A stretch of 64,000 nucleotides of DNA from an uncultured candidatus Porisulfidus sp. (GCA_965116025.1 OZ220480.1:1536001-1600000); one strand, 5' to 3'. Shown: positions 9,942 to 19,790, counted from the first letter of the stretch. Program-made: numbers and translations. Notes: generated from the sequence alone by a model not told the origin.

Positions 9942-11064
9942 CGCCAGAAGACTCTCGCGCGGACGATACGCGGCGGGGAATTTCCGTCAGCTCGTCAATG
10001 TCGGAAGTTCGCTTGCGCGCGTCCACCCCGAGCTCCCGAAATTTGTCCGAGGTCGGCAACACGCGAGATTCCCAGGATCCGACCATGCGATTGAAGCGCC
10101 CAACGCTTCCCCCCAAGGACTTGCCAAGGGCCGCCATATGCTCGGAGAAGACGGCGACGCGCTCGCATAGCTCGTAGCCGAGCTTGCGGATTCTCTCGGC
10201 ATTCTCCGCGACCTTCCGCTGGTTCCACCCGTACGCCACCGCGCGCAGGATCGCCATCAGGCTGCTGGGCGTGGCCAGCAACACCTTGCGTGCCAAGGCA
10301 TCGTCCATCAAATCGGGATCCTGCTCCAGCGCGGCGTTGAGGAACTGGTCTCCGGGCACGAACATCACCACGAAATCGAGCGAGCTCTCGTTAGCGAAAC
10401 CCGCCCAGTATTCCTTGCGCGAGAGATCCGTGACCATGGAGCGCATGGAGCTCGCGAACTCCCGCATCCGCTCTTTCTGACGCTCGGGGTTGGATTCCCG
10501 ATAGGCTTCGGAGTATTTCTGGAGGGGGGCTTTGGCATCAATCGGAAGAGCTCGGTTTTCCGGCAGCCGCACCACCACGTCCGGGCGCCGCCCGCTTTCC
10601 TGCCGCGGTTGCTCCATGAAGTCGACGTGCGCGGTCATTCCGGCCAGCTCGATGATCCGGCGCAAGGTGATCTCCCCGTAGGAGCCGCGCACTTGCGGGC
10701 GCGCCAGCGCCTGCGACAGGTTCTGGGTCTCTTGGCGCAGGCGCTCCTGCGCGGTGACCGCGTCCCGCAATTGCTGGGACAGCCGGCCGTAGGCGGTGTG
10801 CCGGTCCTTCTCGATCTCGCCGATTTGCTCGCGGGCGCGCTCCAGCGTCTCCCGCAACGGCTTGAGCGTGGTCTCGAGAGAATCGCGCTGGCGTTCGGCG
10901 TTGCGCTCGAGCGCCTCGACCGAAAGCGCGGAAAAGCTTTCTCTGAGGGTCTGGTTGAGTTGGCCGAGATGCCGCTGATCGCGGCTTCGCGACACCCATA
11001 AGCCGACGAGGACGCCGACCGACAGGCCGAACGTGAACATCAGAGCCCAGAGCCAAACGTTCAT
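9931..11064 (-). CDS. rmuC: DNA recombination protein RmuC
   Basis: N-terminal TM, coiled coil, RGSYGEITL, RPDVVVRLP..IDAK, DFVVMFVP. Confidence 0.93.
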   Translation of the reverse strand: MNVWLWALMFTFGLSVGVLVGLWVSRSRDQRHLGQLNQTLRESFSALSVEALERNAERQRDSLETTLKPLRETLERAREQIGEIEKDRHTAYGRLSQQLRDAVTAQERLRQETQNLSQALARPQVRGSYGEITLRRIIELAGMTAHVDFMEQPRQESGRRPDVVVRLPENRALPIDAKAPLQKYSEAYRESNPERQKERMREFASSMRSMVTDLSRKEYWAGFANESSLDFVVMFVPGDQFLNAALEQDPDLMDDALARKVLLATPSSLMAILRAVAYGWNQRKVAENAERIRKLGYELCERVAVFSEHMAALGKSLGGSVGRFNRMVGSWESRVLPTSDKFRELGVDARKRTSDIDELTEIPRRVSSARESSGDAG

Positions 11065-11852
11065 CCTGAATGGCCAAGGAGCGTCTTCAGTTCGGTGGGG
11101 TGCTGGATGATCGCGTCGCCCTCCCAACTAGCGAGGTCGGCTTCCGGGGGGATGTACCCAAACGCGGCGATCACGCCGGTCATGCCGGCCGCGCGAGCCG
11201 CCCGCATGTCGCGCGGGTCGTCACCCAGATACAGGCAATGTTGGGCATTCACGGTCATACGGCGGGCCGCCTCCCATAGTGGGTCCGGGTGGGGCTTGCG
11301 GAGCGGCAGGGAGTCGCCGCTGATCAGGCAGGCGGGAGGGACGGGAAAGTCCATAGCCTTGATGATCGCCTCCGCCAGATTTCCAGTCTTGTTGGTCACC
11401 ACGCCCCATGGCATGTCGTTTCGGGCTAGGAAATCCAGAAGATCCATCATGCCGTCGAACAGTCTCGTGTCGCGGCAAGGGGACTCGGCGTATAGTTCCA
11501 GAAATCGAGCGACCAGACGCTCTTCTTGGCGATTATCAAGACCACTTCCGAAAGCGAGGCGGACCAGTGCCCGGGCTCCTCGCGAGACGCTGTTCCGTGC
11601 CAGGCCGTACTCGACCGGCGAGTGGCCTTCTTCTCGGCAGAGCGCGTTGAGGATGGGGACGATATCGAGCGCGGTGTCGGCCAGAGTGCCATCCAGGTCC
11701 ATGAGCACGCCCAAGATCGGGCGCGGCAGGGCGGAAAGGGTCGGGCCTTTCGCGTTACGTGGTGGATTTGGCGCGGATTTGACGCGCGTTCCGTTCCCCG
11801 GGATGGTTAGTCGGGGTGGAGGAATGGAATTCATTTTCCAATGATACACCAT
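11061..11852 (-). CDS. gph: HAD phosphatase (phosphoglycolate phosphatase / MupP-like); true start probably downstream of 11852
   Basis: DLDGTLADT, WGVVTNK, KPHPDP, GDDPRD motifs. Confidence 0.88.
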   Translation of the reverse strand: MVYHWKMNSIPPPRLTIPGNGTRVKSAPNPPRNAKGPTLSALPRPILGVLMDLDGTLADTALDIVPILNALCREEGHSPVEYGLARNSVSRGARALVRLAFGSGLDNRQEERLVARFLELYAESPCRDTRLFDGMMDLLDFLARNDMPWGVVTNKTGNLAEAIIKAMDFPVPPACLISGDSLPLRKPHPDPLWEAARRMTVNAQHCLYLGDDPRDMRAARAAGMTGVIAAFGYIPPEADLASWEGDAIIQHPTELKTLLGHSG

Positions 11853-11947
11853 GGCGGATGCGCTAGAAAAAGCGAATGGATCTATCCAACCAAAGATAAA
11901 TTTATAAAATATAATAAATTCACCTTTCCTGGTTGATGGATATTGAT

Positions 11948-13177
11948 ATGGATGGCTTTTCGAATCCTTTTCGCCCGGGCGCCGGACACAAGCCGCCGTG
12001 GCTTGCCGGAAGACATGCGGAACGCGAGGAGTTCCTGCGTCTTCTGGATCAGGAAGTGATTCTGGACAACTTGGTCTTGACCGGGTTGCGCGGCGTGGGC
12101 AAGACGGTACTCCTGGAATCTTTCAAACCCCAGGCGCAGGAGCGCGGTTGGATATGGGTCGGAGCCGATCTCTCGGAATCCGCCAGCATGAGCGAGGAGA
12201 ACTTGGCGGTCCGGATCTTCACGGACTTGTCCCCGGCAACTTCGCGGGTGGTCATTCATGCGGAAGAGTCGCGCGCGGCCGGATTTTTATCGGATGCGCG
12301 ACAGACAAAGCGCGTTTTGGACTTTCAGGTCCTGATGGACGCTTATCGACATACCCCGGGGTTGAGTCTCGACAAGCTCAAGGGCGCTCTGGAGAGGGCT
12401 TGGAACGCGTTGTCGGAAGCTGCTCCGAAAGCGCGTGGGATCATCTTCGCTTACGACGAGGCGCAGAACCTGGGTGACCGGAGAGACAAGGAGCAGTATC
12501 CCGTTTCCTTGTTGCTGGACGCTTTCCAGTCTCTGCAGAGAAGGAACTTTCCCTTGATGCTCGTTCTGACCGGCCTTCCGACCTTATTTCCCGGGTTGGT
12601 CGAAGCCCGGACCTATTCCGAACGGATGTTCCGGGTCTTGTTTCTGGACCGGCTGAGCGAGGACGAGAGCGAGGAGGCTATTCGCAAGCCGATTGAAGAT
12701 GCTGAATGCCCTGTTCGTCTTGATGACGCGGCGATTCGGGGCATCATCAAGATGTCGGGCGGCTACCCCTACTTTATCCAATTCATCTGCAGGGAGGTCT
12801 ACGACGAATTCCTGCAAAGGCTTGATCGAGGCGCGCGCGCGCAGGTACTGGAATCCGAGATTGAGCGGAAGCTGGATTTGGATTTTTTCGCGGGTCGATG
12901 GGCTAGCGCCACGGACCGACAGAGGGAGTTGCTCACCGTAATTTCTCGAATCAGGGATGGTGATGGCGAATTCACCGTCCAGGAGGTGGTCGAGACATCA
13001 GAGCGCGCGCCGTTCAACTCCTTCAGCGGAAGTCACGTCAACCAGATGCTTTCTAAGCTCGCCGCCCAGGGGCTGGTCTATAAGAACCGCCATGGTAAAT
13101 ATTCTTTCGCCGTGCCATTGCTAGGACGTTTCATTCGCCGTCAAGCGAGCGGTGACGATGGAGGAGGGCGCGAATAG
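11948..13177 (+). CDS. AAA-family P-loop ATPase with C-terminal winged helix (alternative starts 11933/11936)
   Basis: NPFRPGAG..P..LAGR, Walker A GLRGVGKT, Walker B FAYDEAQ, GGYPYFIQ, LAAQGLVYKNRHGKYSF. Confidence 0.88.
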   Translation: MDGFSNPFRPGAGHKPPWLAGRHAEREEFLRLLDQEVILDNLVLTGLRGVGKTVLLESFKPQAQERGWIWVGADLSESASMSEENLAVRIFTDLSPATSRVVIHAEESRAAGFLSDARQTKRVLDFQVLMDAYRHTPGLSLDKLKGALERAWNALSEAAPKARGIIFAYDEAQNLGDRRDKEQYPVSLLLDAFQSLQRRNFPLMLVLTGLPTLFPGLVEARTYSERMFRVLFLDRLSEDESEEAIRKPIEDAECPVRLDDAAIRGIIKMSGGYPYFIQFICREVYDEFLQRLDRGARAQVLESEIERKLDLDFFAGRWASATDRQRELLTVISRIRDGDGEFTVQEVVETSERAPFNSFSGSHVNQMLSKLAAQGLVYKNRHGKYSFAVPLLGRFIRRQASGDDGGGRE

Positions 13178-13206
13178 ATTTCGAATCGAGGGCGATGCCC
13201 CGTTGA

Positions 13207-13917
13207 TCACCCTTCCGATTCCGATTTGCGCAGGCGCATTAAATAGTTGACCCGGGGGGCTCCGCCGAGTCGGGCGGTTCGGGTCAGCGGATTGTAGGCG
13301 ATGCCGCGAATGTCCTCGACCTCGAGTCGCAAATCTCGCGCCGCCTGCGCTAGCTCGGATGGACGGATGAAGCGCTCGTAGCGATGCGTTCCGACCGGCA
13401 GAATTCCAGCGATATGCTCGGCGCCGACGATGGCGAGCGCGAACGAGGCGATGGTGCGGTTCAGGGTGGACGCGAACAGGAAGCCGCCCGGTCGTAACAG
13501 TCGCTCGCAGTCGCCGAGCAGGGCAGGGAAGTCCGGCACGTGTTCCAGCAATTCCATGCAGGTCACGACATCGAAGGCTTCAGGGTGCTCGGACGCGAGC
13601 GAGCTCGCGTCCCGCTCTAGGTATTCTATCTGGAGCGTCCGTCCATGCGCGCGGGCTTGAGTCAGCGCGGCGGACGACAGGTCGATGCCGGTGGTCTTCG
13701 CCCCGGCGCGGGCTAGGGATTCGGTCAGCAGGCCACCGCCGCAACCGACATCAAGCGCGGTTCGTCCGCGCAGAGCGCGACGCTCCTCAATATATTGGAA
13801 GCGGACCGGATTGATCTCATGCAGGGCCCGCATCGGGCCTCGCGGATCCCACCAGTCGAGGTCCGGTCGGTCGAAACGCTCCAGTTCGGCCGGGTCTTGA
13901 TTGGTTTCGAGACTCAC
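13207..13917 (-). CDS. ubiG: Ubiquinone biosynthesis O-methyltransferase
   Basis: WWDPRG, LHEINPVR, LDVGCGGG, CMELLEHVPD, GTH, FIRPSEL. Confidence 0.95.
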   Translation of the reverse strand: MSLETNQDPAELERFDRPDLDWWDPRGPMRALHEINPVRFQYIEERRALRGRTALDVGCGGGLLTESLARAGAKTTGIDLSSAALTQARAHGRTLQIEYLERDASSLASEHPEAFDVVTCMELLEHVPDFPALLGDCERLLRPGGFLFASTLNRTIASFALAIVGAEHIAGILPVGTHRYERFIRPSELAQAARDLRLEVEDIRGIAYNPLTRTARLGGAPRVNYLMRLRKSESEG

Positions 13918-15101
13918 AAGCTTTGGACGCTTTCGAGAAATTGGATCCAGCCCCGCGCCTCGGCCGCGGACTTCGCGCTTTTCCTAGCCCGCGCGAACGC
14001 TTCCAAGGCTGTCGGAAAGTCTCCTTTCTCGTAAGCGCAGATGCCGCGTAGCAACTGGAATGGCCCGGGATCCTTGGGACCGGCGCGCAGACCCGCTTCG
14101 GCGCTTTTAACGCAGCCGCTCCACCCCGCGTTTTGCGCGTACAGACGCGTCAAACGCAACCAGTCGCGGGGCTTCCCGGTAGTCTCGGCCAGCCTGGTCA
14201 GGGAAAGGTAGGCCCGCTCGTATTCGCGCGCGGCCACCCAGGAGTTTCCGAGGAGCCGCCAGTTGCTCGGGGTCGGCTTGATTCGCTGGCTTCTCAGCCC
14301 GTTCTCCATCACGTTGGCGGCGAGCCAAGGCGCGTTTCGCAGGCGCATCAGCTGCGCGAGCCGGACCAGGTCCTCGCCGCGCATCAGCAGGCCGTTCGCG
14401 TAGGCGACGCGCATCACCGAAAGCGCTTTCGATTCATGGTCGCGCTCCATGTGCGTTTGCGCCAATTGTCGCCAGAATTCGACCTTGTCGGGAAACTCCT
14501 TGATGGCTTCCTCCAAAAGCTCCCGCAGGGCGTTCCAATCGGATTGCTGAGCGTAGATGGAGGCGATGAACTGGTATTGCGAATAAGATAGATTGTCAGA
14601 TTCGCTCCGGCCCTTGTCCGCCCACCGCCGGGCGGGGCGCAACGCGTCGAGCTCGAGGTGGCAGGCGGCCAGCACGAAGTAGGCGTTGGCGGGAACGCTG
14701 GACGCGGAGCGCGTCCACGACTCCAGAATCCTTATGGCGTCGCGGAAGCGTCCGGCCTGGCTATACAGCTGGCCGAGGTTGTAGCGGATCTGGTCGGCGC
14801 GCTGCTCGGGGACGGCTCCCGTCGCGAGCGCCGCCTCCATCGGGGCGATGGCCTCCTCGTAGCGCTCCCGCGCGAGAAGGAGGTCGGCCTTGAGCAGCAG
14901 GGTCTGGGCTCGCTCGTGGTCGCTGAGCTTGCGCCGCAACAGGCTGTCGGTTTCTCGCAAGGCCTCGGCGGTCTGATCCGCCTCGCGCAACTCGTAGATC
15001 TCGCTGAGCTTGCGGTAGACCTTCTCGGAAAGCGTGGCGGCGAGCGCGGGCGTGGTGGCGAGCGCGGTGACGACTAGCGCGGCGGCGATCCGGAATCTCA
15101 T
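13914..15101 (-). CDS. Secreted TPR protein (TtpD-like)
   Basis: Signal peptide and tandem TPR-like helices; ATGA overlap with tonB. Confidence 0.82.
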   Translation of the reverse strand: MRFRIAAALVVTALATTPALAATLSEKVYRKLSEIYELREADQTAEALRETDSLLRRKLSDHERAQTLLLKADLLLARERYEEAIAPMEAALATGAVPEQRADQIRYNLGQLYSQAGRFRDAIRILESWTRSASSVPANAYFVLAACHLELDALRPARRWADKGRSESDNLSYSQYQFIASIYAQQSDWNALRELLEEAIKEFPDKVEFWRQLAQTHMERDHESKALSVMRVAYANGLLMRGEDLVRLAQLMRLRNAPWLAANVMENGLRSQRIKPTPSNWRLLGNSWVAAREYERAYLSLTRLAETTGKPRDWLRLTRLYAQNAGWSGCVKSAEAGLRAGPKDPGPFQLLRGICAYEKGDFPTALEAFARARKSAKSAAEARGWIQFLESVQSL

Positions 15102-15724
15102 TTCTCGAGCTCGAACTTGAGCATCACGCGGACGTCGGGACGGGGCCGCGCCTCGCCGTCGATCACTTGCGGCTTGTATTTCCATTTGCGCACCGCCTTG
15201 ACGGCGGCGCGGCCGAACGTGCCGGGCGGCTCCTCGGCGACGACCCGGACATCCTCGGTGGCGCCGTTGGTGTTAATGGTGAAGGCGACCTCGACCCAGC
15301 CCTCTATGCCGCGTCGGCTCGCGCGCGAGGGATACTGCGGGCTGACGCGCATGATCGGCAGGGGGTCGCGGGTGGCGGCCCAGCCCTTCGACAGATCGCC
15401 GCCGGCCATCAGGTCGAGCTGGTAGGGGGTGGCCGAGGTGGCGGCGAAGGATAGGCTATCCGGGTTCAGAGACTCGGCTTCTTGGCGGGTCTCGGGCATT
15501 TTGGGTTTCTGGGGCTTCTCCGCCTTTGGCGGCAGCTTGCGCTGGTTGGGAGTGATCTCGCGCTTCTGCAGGCGCACGAAGTCGAAGCGCACCGAGTCGT
15601 GAATCTCCTGCAGACCGGCGAGGTCGGTCACGACCAACGAGTACATCAGGGTGAATAGGGCGAAGACCGCGCTGACGGCCGCCACCGTGATCAACGGGAT
15701 GCGCAATCCGTCCCGAAGCGTCAT
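15098..15724 (-). CDS. tonB: Energy transducer TonB
   Basis: N-terminal TM, Pro/Lys spacer, PQYPSRA..GIEGWV, WKYKP. Confidence 0.92.
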   Translation of the reverse strand: MTLRDGLRIPLITVAAVSAVFALFTLMYSLVVTDLAGLQEIHDSVRFDFVRLQKREITPNQRKLPPKAEKPQKPKMPETRQEAESLNPDSLSFAATSATPYQLDLMAGGDLSKGWAATRDPLPIMRVSPQYPSRASRRGIEGWVEVAFTINTNGATEDVRVVAEEPPGTFGRAAVKAVRKWKYKPQVIDGEARPRPDVRVMLKFELEK

Positions 15725-16131
15725 CGCTGACCCGGGCTCGCCGCGAGGGCGATTTTCTCCACCCCGGCCTGCCGGATCTGATCCATGACTTGCACCAGCA
15801 TGTCGTTGCGGGAATCGCGGTCGGCCTGGATGACCACGCCGCCTTGCGGGTTCTCGGCCTGCAGGCGCATGACGTGGGCGTGCACGGAGCGCACGTCCAC
15901 CGGCTGGTGGTTGATCCAGACCTCGTCGTCTTCCGTGATGCCGATCAGGATCGAGCCTTGGCTCTGCATGACCGCGGTGTCCGCCTCTGGGCGATTGATC
16001 TCGACCCCCGATTCTTTGACGAAGGACGCGGTCACGATGAAGAAGATCAGCATGATGAAGACGATGTCGATCAGGGGGGTGATGTCCATTCCCTGCTCCT
16101 CCTCGGGCTCGCCGCGACGGATGACTCTCAT
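15721..16131 (-). CDS. exbD: Biopolymer transport protein ExbD
   Basis: DITPLIDIVFIMLIFFIVT, VVIQAD; start from ATGA overlap. Confidence 0.93.
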   Translation of the reverse strand: MRVIRRGEPEEEQGMDITPLIDIVFIMLIFFIVTASFVKESGVEINRPEADTAVMQSQGSILIGITEDDEVWINHQPVDVRSVHAHVMRLQAENPQGGVVIQADRDSRNDMLVQVMDQIRQAGVEKIALAASPGQR

Positions 16132-16709
16132 GGACGAGGGGCGGTGGCTTTTCGCATGTGGGCTGGCAACAGGAGGTTCTCGCGCAACGTCGCGTTGTCG
16201 CGCCGCGCCCGATGCTCGAACAGCGTGATGAAGTAGTAACCGGACAAGGCGATCACCAGGCCAGCGAGAGTCGGGTAGGTGGCGCGGGAGATGCCGTCGC
16301 TGAGCAGTCGCGCGCTGTTGCTGCCGGTGATCGACATGGTCGAGAACACCTCGATCATGCCGGTGATGGTGCCGAGCAGACCGAGCAACGGACAGATCAG
16401 CACCAGCCCCCGGATCGCGCCCATGCCGGAATTCGTGCGGACGCGCGATTCGGATATCCATCGCTGCCGCAACCACAGGGCCTTCCGCATGTCCCAGCGC
16501 GCTTGCCAGGCGAGCGCCAGTCCCAGCTTGTCCGACAGCCGCTTGGCATCGCGACGATGGCGGCTTGGGCCGAAGAAGAACCACATCCGCTCAATGATGA
16601 ACCACCATAGCAGGAACGCGACGCCGAACAGGATCAGTAACACGTCGCCGCCAGTGTGCAGCAGGGCCTCGACGTTCGCGTAGTGCCCCTGGAGCCAGGA
16701 GGCGATCAT
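16128..16709 (-). CDS. exbB: MotA/TolQ/ExbB proton channel protein
   Basis: PLLGLLGTITGMI, GISRAT..TLAGL. Confidence 0.9.
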   Translation of the reverse strand: MIASWLQGHYANVEALLHTGGDVLLILFGVAFLLWWFIIERMWFFFGPSRHRRDAKRLSDKLGLALAWQARWDMRKALWLRQRWISESRVRTNSGMGAIRGLVLICPLLGLLGTITGMIEVFSTMSITGSNSARLLSDGISRATYPTLAGLVIALSGYYFITLFEHRARRDNATLRENLLLPAHMRKATAPRP

Positions 16710-18034
16710 GGCTCTCGTGAGTGGGCCAGCAGACCGAGGCTCTGCTCCTCGACGATCTGGCGGATTCGCGCGCTGTAGGAGCGAGCCATGGTGAGGATCA
16801 GCAGAATCGGGATCGCGGCGCCCAGCCCGAGCGCGGTGGTGACCAAGGCCTGACTGATACCACCGGCCATCATGCGCGGATCGCCGGTGCCGAACAGGGT
16901 GATGGCCTGAAAGGTCTGGATCATGCCGGTCACGGTGCCGAGCAATCCGAGCAGGGGGGCGATGGCGGCCAGCACGCGCAGCATGTTCAGGCCCCAGTTG
17001 AGTTTCGGCAACTCTTCGCTGATCGCCTCGTGCACCCGGTCCTCGCGCGATTCCGGATCCATGTCCGCGTGCTCGCGGTAAACCGAGGCCACGCGTCCCA
17101 GCGCGTTGTTGGTCTTGGGATTCCGCATGTCCTTTCTCTGGATGCGAATCCGGCGCATGTGCGCGGCCAGCGTGACGCTGCGGATGATCGCGAACAGCAC
17201 GCCGAACACCCCGATGAGGATGATGAGGTAGCCGATCATGCCGCCTTGCTCGATCCGTTCCATCAAGTCCGGCGCGTCGACCAGCAACGACAGGATGGCG
17301 CCGCGCGACGGGTCGACCACGGCCCGCGCGGAGTCTTCCCCGGTGGCGCGTTGCAGATCGGTCGCGACCGAGCGCAACGAGGCTGGTGGCTGGCGGGGCA
17401 GGATGACCAAGTCGCGGGCATCGTCGGCGAAACTGAGGAAGCGGCCCTCGCTGGATGCGGTGAACACGCCCACGCGAACCACCGAGGCGTCGGCTCGCGT
17501 GCCGTCGGGCTGGGTGACCCGCGTGTCAAAGCGGACCACTCGGCCCTGCTGGCTCAGCTCCTCAAGGGCGGCGTACAGCAACTGGTCCATGTCGGCGATG
17601 TTGGTCGCGTGGTCGTCGCTAGCGATGGTGTCGAGCGGCGCGATTCGGTCGGGAATCTGGGCGCTGACCAAAGATTGGAGGAAATGGCCCTTGAGCTCGC
17701 CCGCCCAAAGTTTCGCGGTCGCCAGGACCTCCTTGAAATGCACGGTCAACTCGTCGAGCTTCTCGCGCTGGCTTATCAGATCCTTCTCGCCTTTGGCGAA
17801 TCTCTTCTCCATGTCGCGGCTACGCTTCTCTTCCGCGCGGATCAGCCCCTTGACCTCCTTGAGCATGGCCTCGCGTTCCAGCGCCATGCCGCGGAATTTC
17901 TGCAGGCGCTCTTGGATCTCGGCGGTCTCTTGGGATTGGTCGGCCCGCATGCGCGCGAGAAGATCGTCCAGCGGGGCCGAGAGCGCCGTGGCGTGGGCGG
18001 TCGCCGTCAGCGCCAGCGCCAGCGCGCGGATCAT
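16706..18034 (-). CDS. TtpC-like large ExbB-family protein
   Basis: Signal peptide, long coiled coil, RVGVF, DPSRG, PLLGLLGTVTGMI, GISQALVTT. Confidence 0.88.
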   Translation of the reverse strand: MIRALALALTATAHATALSAPLDDLLARMRADQSQETAEIQERLQKFRGMALEREAMLKEVKGLIRAEEKRSRDMEKRFAKGEKDLISQREKLDELTVHFKEVLATAKLWAGELKGHFLQSLVSAQIPDRIAPLDTIASDDHATNIADMDQLLYAALEELSQQGRVVRFDTRVTQPDGTRADASVVRVGVFTASSEGRFLSFADDARDLVILPRQPPASLRSVATDLQRATGEDSARAVVDPSRGAILSLLVDAPDLMERIEQGGMIGYLIILIGVFGVLFAIIRSVTLAAHMRRIRIQRKDMRNPKTNNALGRVASVYREHADMDPESREDRVHEAISEELPKLNWGLNMLRVLAAIAPLLGLLGTVTGMIQTFQAITLFGTGDPRMMAGGISQALVTTALGLGAAIPILLILTMARSYSARIRQIVEEQSLGLLAHSREP

Positions 18035-18816
18035 GGCGCGTCCTCTGGCGCCCGCACCGAGAGGACGAGAAGATCCGGCGCGACCTGTTTCTTCGCCATC
18101 CGCACCGCTTTCTCAAGGTGGTGGCGCAACCCCTCGATTCGTCGCCAGCGCCGCGCGCGGTTGTCCCATTCGTAGATGACGTTGCGGTCGGCGGACATCG
18201 CGTACAGCGCGATTCGCCCGACCCGCAGGAAGGTGGCCATCAAGTTCTGGCCGTCGATCTCCAGCGTGTCGGAATAGGTCTCCAGCGTTCGCCCGTAGTC
18301 CAGCTCGATCTGGTAGGCCTCGTACAAGCTTCGGTACTTGCTGGCCAGCGAAAGCTCCGGGTTGTCCAAGATTCCGCGCAGGCGGGCGTGGCGTTTTTGC
18401 CGCTCGGTCGCGAGGAACGGCATGTCCTGCTCGATCAAGACGCCGAGCGCGTCGTGCATGCGCTCCATCAGTGGGATCAGATCGCGGCCCATGGAGCCGG
18501 TCTTTTGGATGCGCGCGCCGAGGTCATCAAGCAGGGCCTGCTGCTCGTCGAGCAAGGCTTGAAGTTGGCGGGTGTAGGCGCGCAGGCTTTCCAGCTCGAT
18601 CAGCTTCGCGCGGTACTCGGCGTAAGCGTTTTGGGCGGCCTCGTCAAGCTTGTCGATCTCGCGCTGGGCGCTCGCCTGCTTGGCGGTGGAGTTGTCGGCG
18701 ATGCGGGTCAGGCTGGACAGGTCCGCCGCCATCGTCAAGCCGCTGGCGAGCGAGGTCATTCCCCCAAGGAGAAAAGCCAGCGTTGACCAAAAGCGAAAAT
18801 GAGAGGGGGTGACCAT
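18031..18816 (-). CDS. DUF3450 / TtpB-like periplasmic coiled-coil protein
   Basis: DMPFL..ER, EAYQIELDYGR, FLRVGRIALY, APDLL; first gene of the Ttp cluster. Confidence 0.85.
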   Translation of the reverse strand: MVTPSHFRFWSTLAFLLGGMTSLASGLTMAADLSSLTRIADNSTAKQASAQREIDKLDEAAQNAYAEYRAKLIELESLRAYTRQLQALLDEQQALLDDLGARIQKTGSMGRDLIPLMERMHDALGVLIEQDMPFLATERQKRHARLRGILDNPELSLASKYRSLYEAYQIELDYGRTLETYSDTLEIDGQNLMATFLRVGRIALYAMSADRNVIYEWDNRARRWRRIEGLRHHLEKAVRMAKKQVAPDLLVLSVRAPEDAP

Positions 18817-18871
18817 GGCCCGGTTCAGGCTGCTGGAAAACTTGGATTGATACCTTATCACGGCGGAGATT

Positions 18872-19549
18872 CTACAGGGCCGAGCGCTCAATGTTCCACA
18901 GCGCGATCTGGGCTACCGTCCCGCCGCCGACCGGATCCATCTTGCGCAATTGCTGGAGGCGGGCCATGGCGCGTTTCAGTCGCTTCTTCCGAAACAGGGA
19001 ATGCAGCAGGTCGCAGGCGTCGGCGACGCAGACCAAGGCGATATCGTGAGGATCGGGGATCTCGTCGTCGGAGAACAGGATCTCCTCGATGCGCGCTCGG
19101 GCGTCGGTCTCGTTCACGCATCGGTAGCGCTCTCCGAAAACTCCCCTCGGCCGACGCTCCAAAACGCGTCGCTCAAGCAGGCTCTCGACCGCTTTCTCTC
19201 GGATCGCCTCGCCGTGTTTGGGCATCAGCGCTCGTAGCCAGCCCCAGATGTCGCGGGTCTTCCCGCTGCTCGCGATCTCTTCCAGCATGGGATCGAGGAA
19301 GGGCTTGCCGGTGGGAGTTGGATCGATAACCTCCAAGAGCTCGAGGTTGGTGTCGACGCGGTGGGCCAGATCCAAATCGAGCAAGGCGGAGCCGGTCAGG
19401 GAGTGGCGCAAGGTCAGCCGGTGGCGCGCCGGAAACCGTCCGCCGTCGCGTCGCAACGAGAGCAACAGCATGTCTTCGGTGACGGTCAGCATGGACAGGG
19501 CGGATTCTTCTTGTAATTGGTCGCGCGCCTCATTATTGCAGGCCGTCAT
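18872..19549 (-). CDS. GPP34 / GOLPH3-Vps74 family protein (alternative start 19492)
   Basis: LTVTEDMLLL, GSALLDLDLAHRV, PTG..FLD, DPHDIALV patterns typical of bacterial GPP34. Confidence 0.78.
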   Translation of the reverse strand: MTACNNEARDQLQEESALSMLTVTEDMLLLSLRRDGGRFPARHRLTLRHSLTGSALLDLDLAHRVDTNLELLEVIDPTPTGKPFLDPMLEEIASSGKTRDIWGWLRALMPKHGEAIREKAVESLLERRVLERRPRGVFGERYRCVNETDARARIEEILFSDDEIPDPHDIALVCVADACDLLHSLFRKKRLKRAMARLQQLRKMDPVGGGTVAQIALWNIERSAL

Positions 19550-19592
19550 CGCATGTCAATCTTTCCACCTTGGGGCGCGGCCTGCCGGATTC

Positions 19593-19625
19593 GGGCGTTC
19601 TCGAGGCGGCGTCAGACGGCGGGAG
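19593..19625 (+). repeat. Direct repeat, left of copAB
   Basis: GGGCGTTCTCGAGGCGGCGTCAGACGGCGGGAG; matches 22292-22326 with 2 substitutions and a 2-nt indel. Confidence 0.75.
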
Positions 19626-19790
19626 ACAACGCGGAAACTATCCCGAGCGATTCCTGTCTATGGCACTATAGCACGGCCACGCGAGCCGACGCGAATGACC
19701 TCATGCCTCCATTTCCACTCCCGCCTTGGCCAGTTTGTTCGCCTTAGGCTCGGTCGCTCGTAAGACGACTCGTCTACCCATATAAACCAA

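Noticed and set aside
11745-11820. Weak colinear similarity to the ubiG 3' end (13210-13280), which would make the ATPase another duplication-flanked cassette
   Set aside because: Only 5-7-nt blocks in GC-rich DNA; cannot be told from chance without a scored alignment
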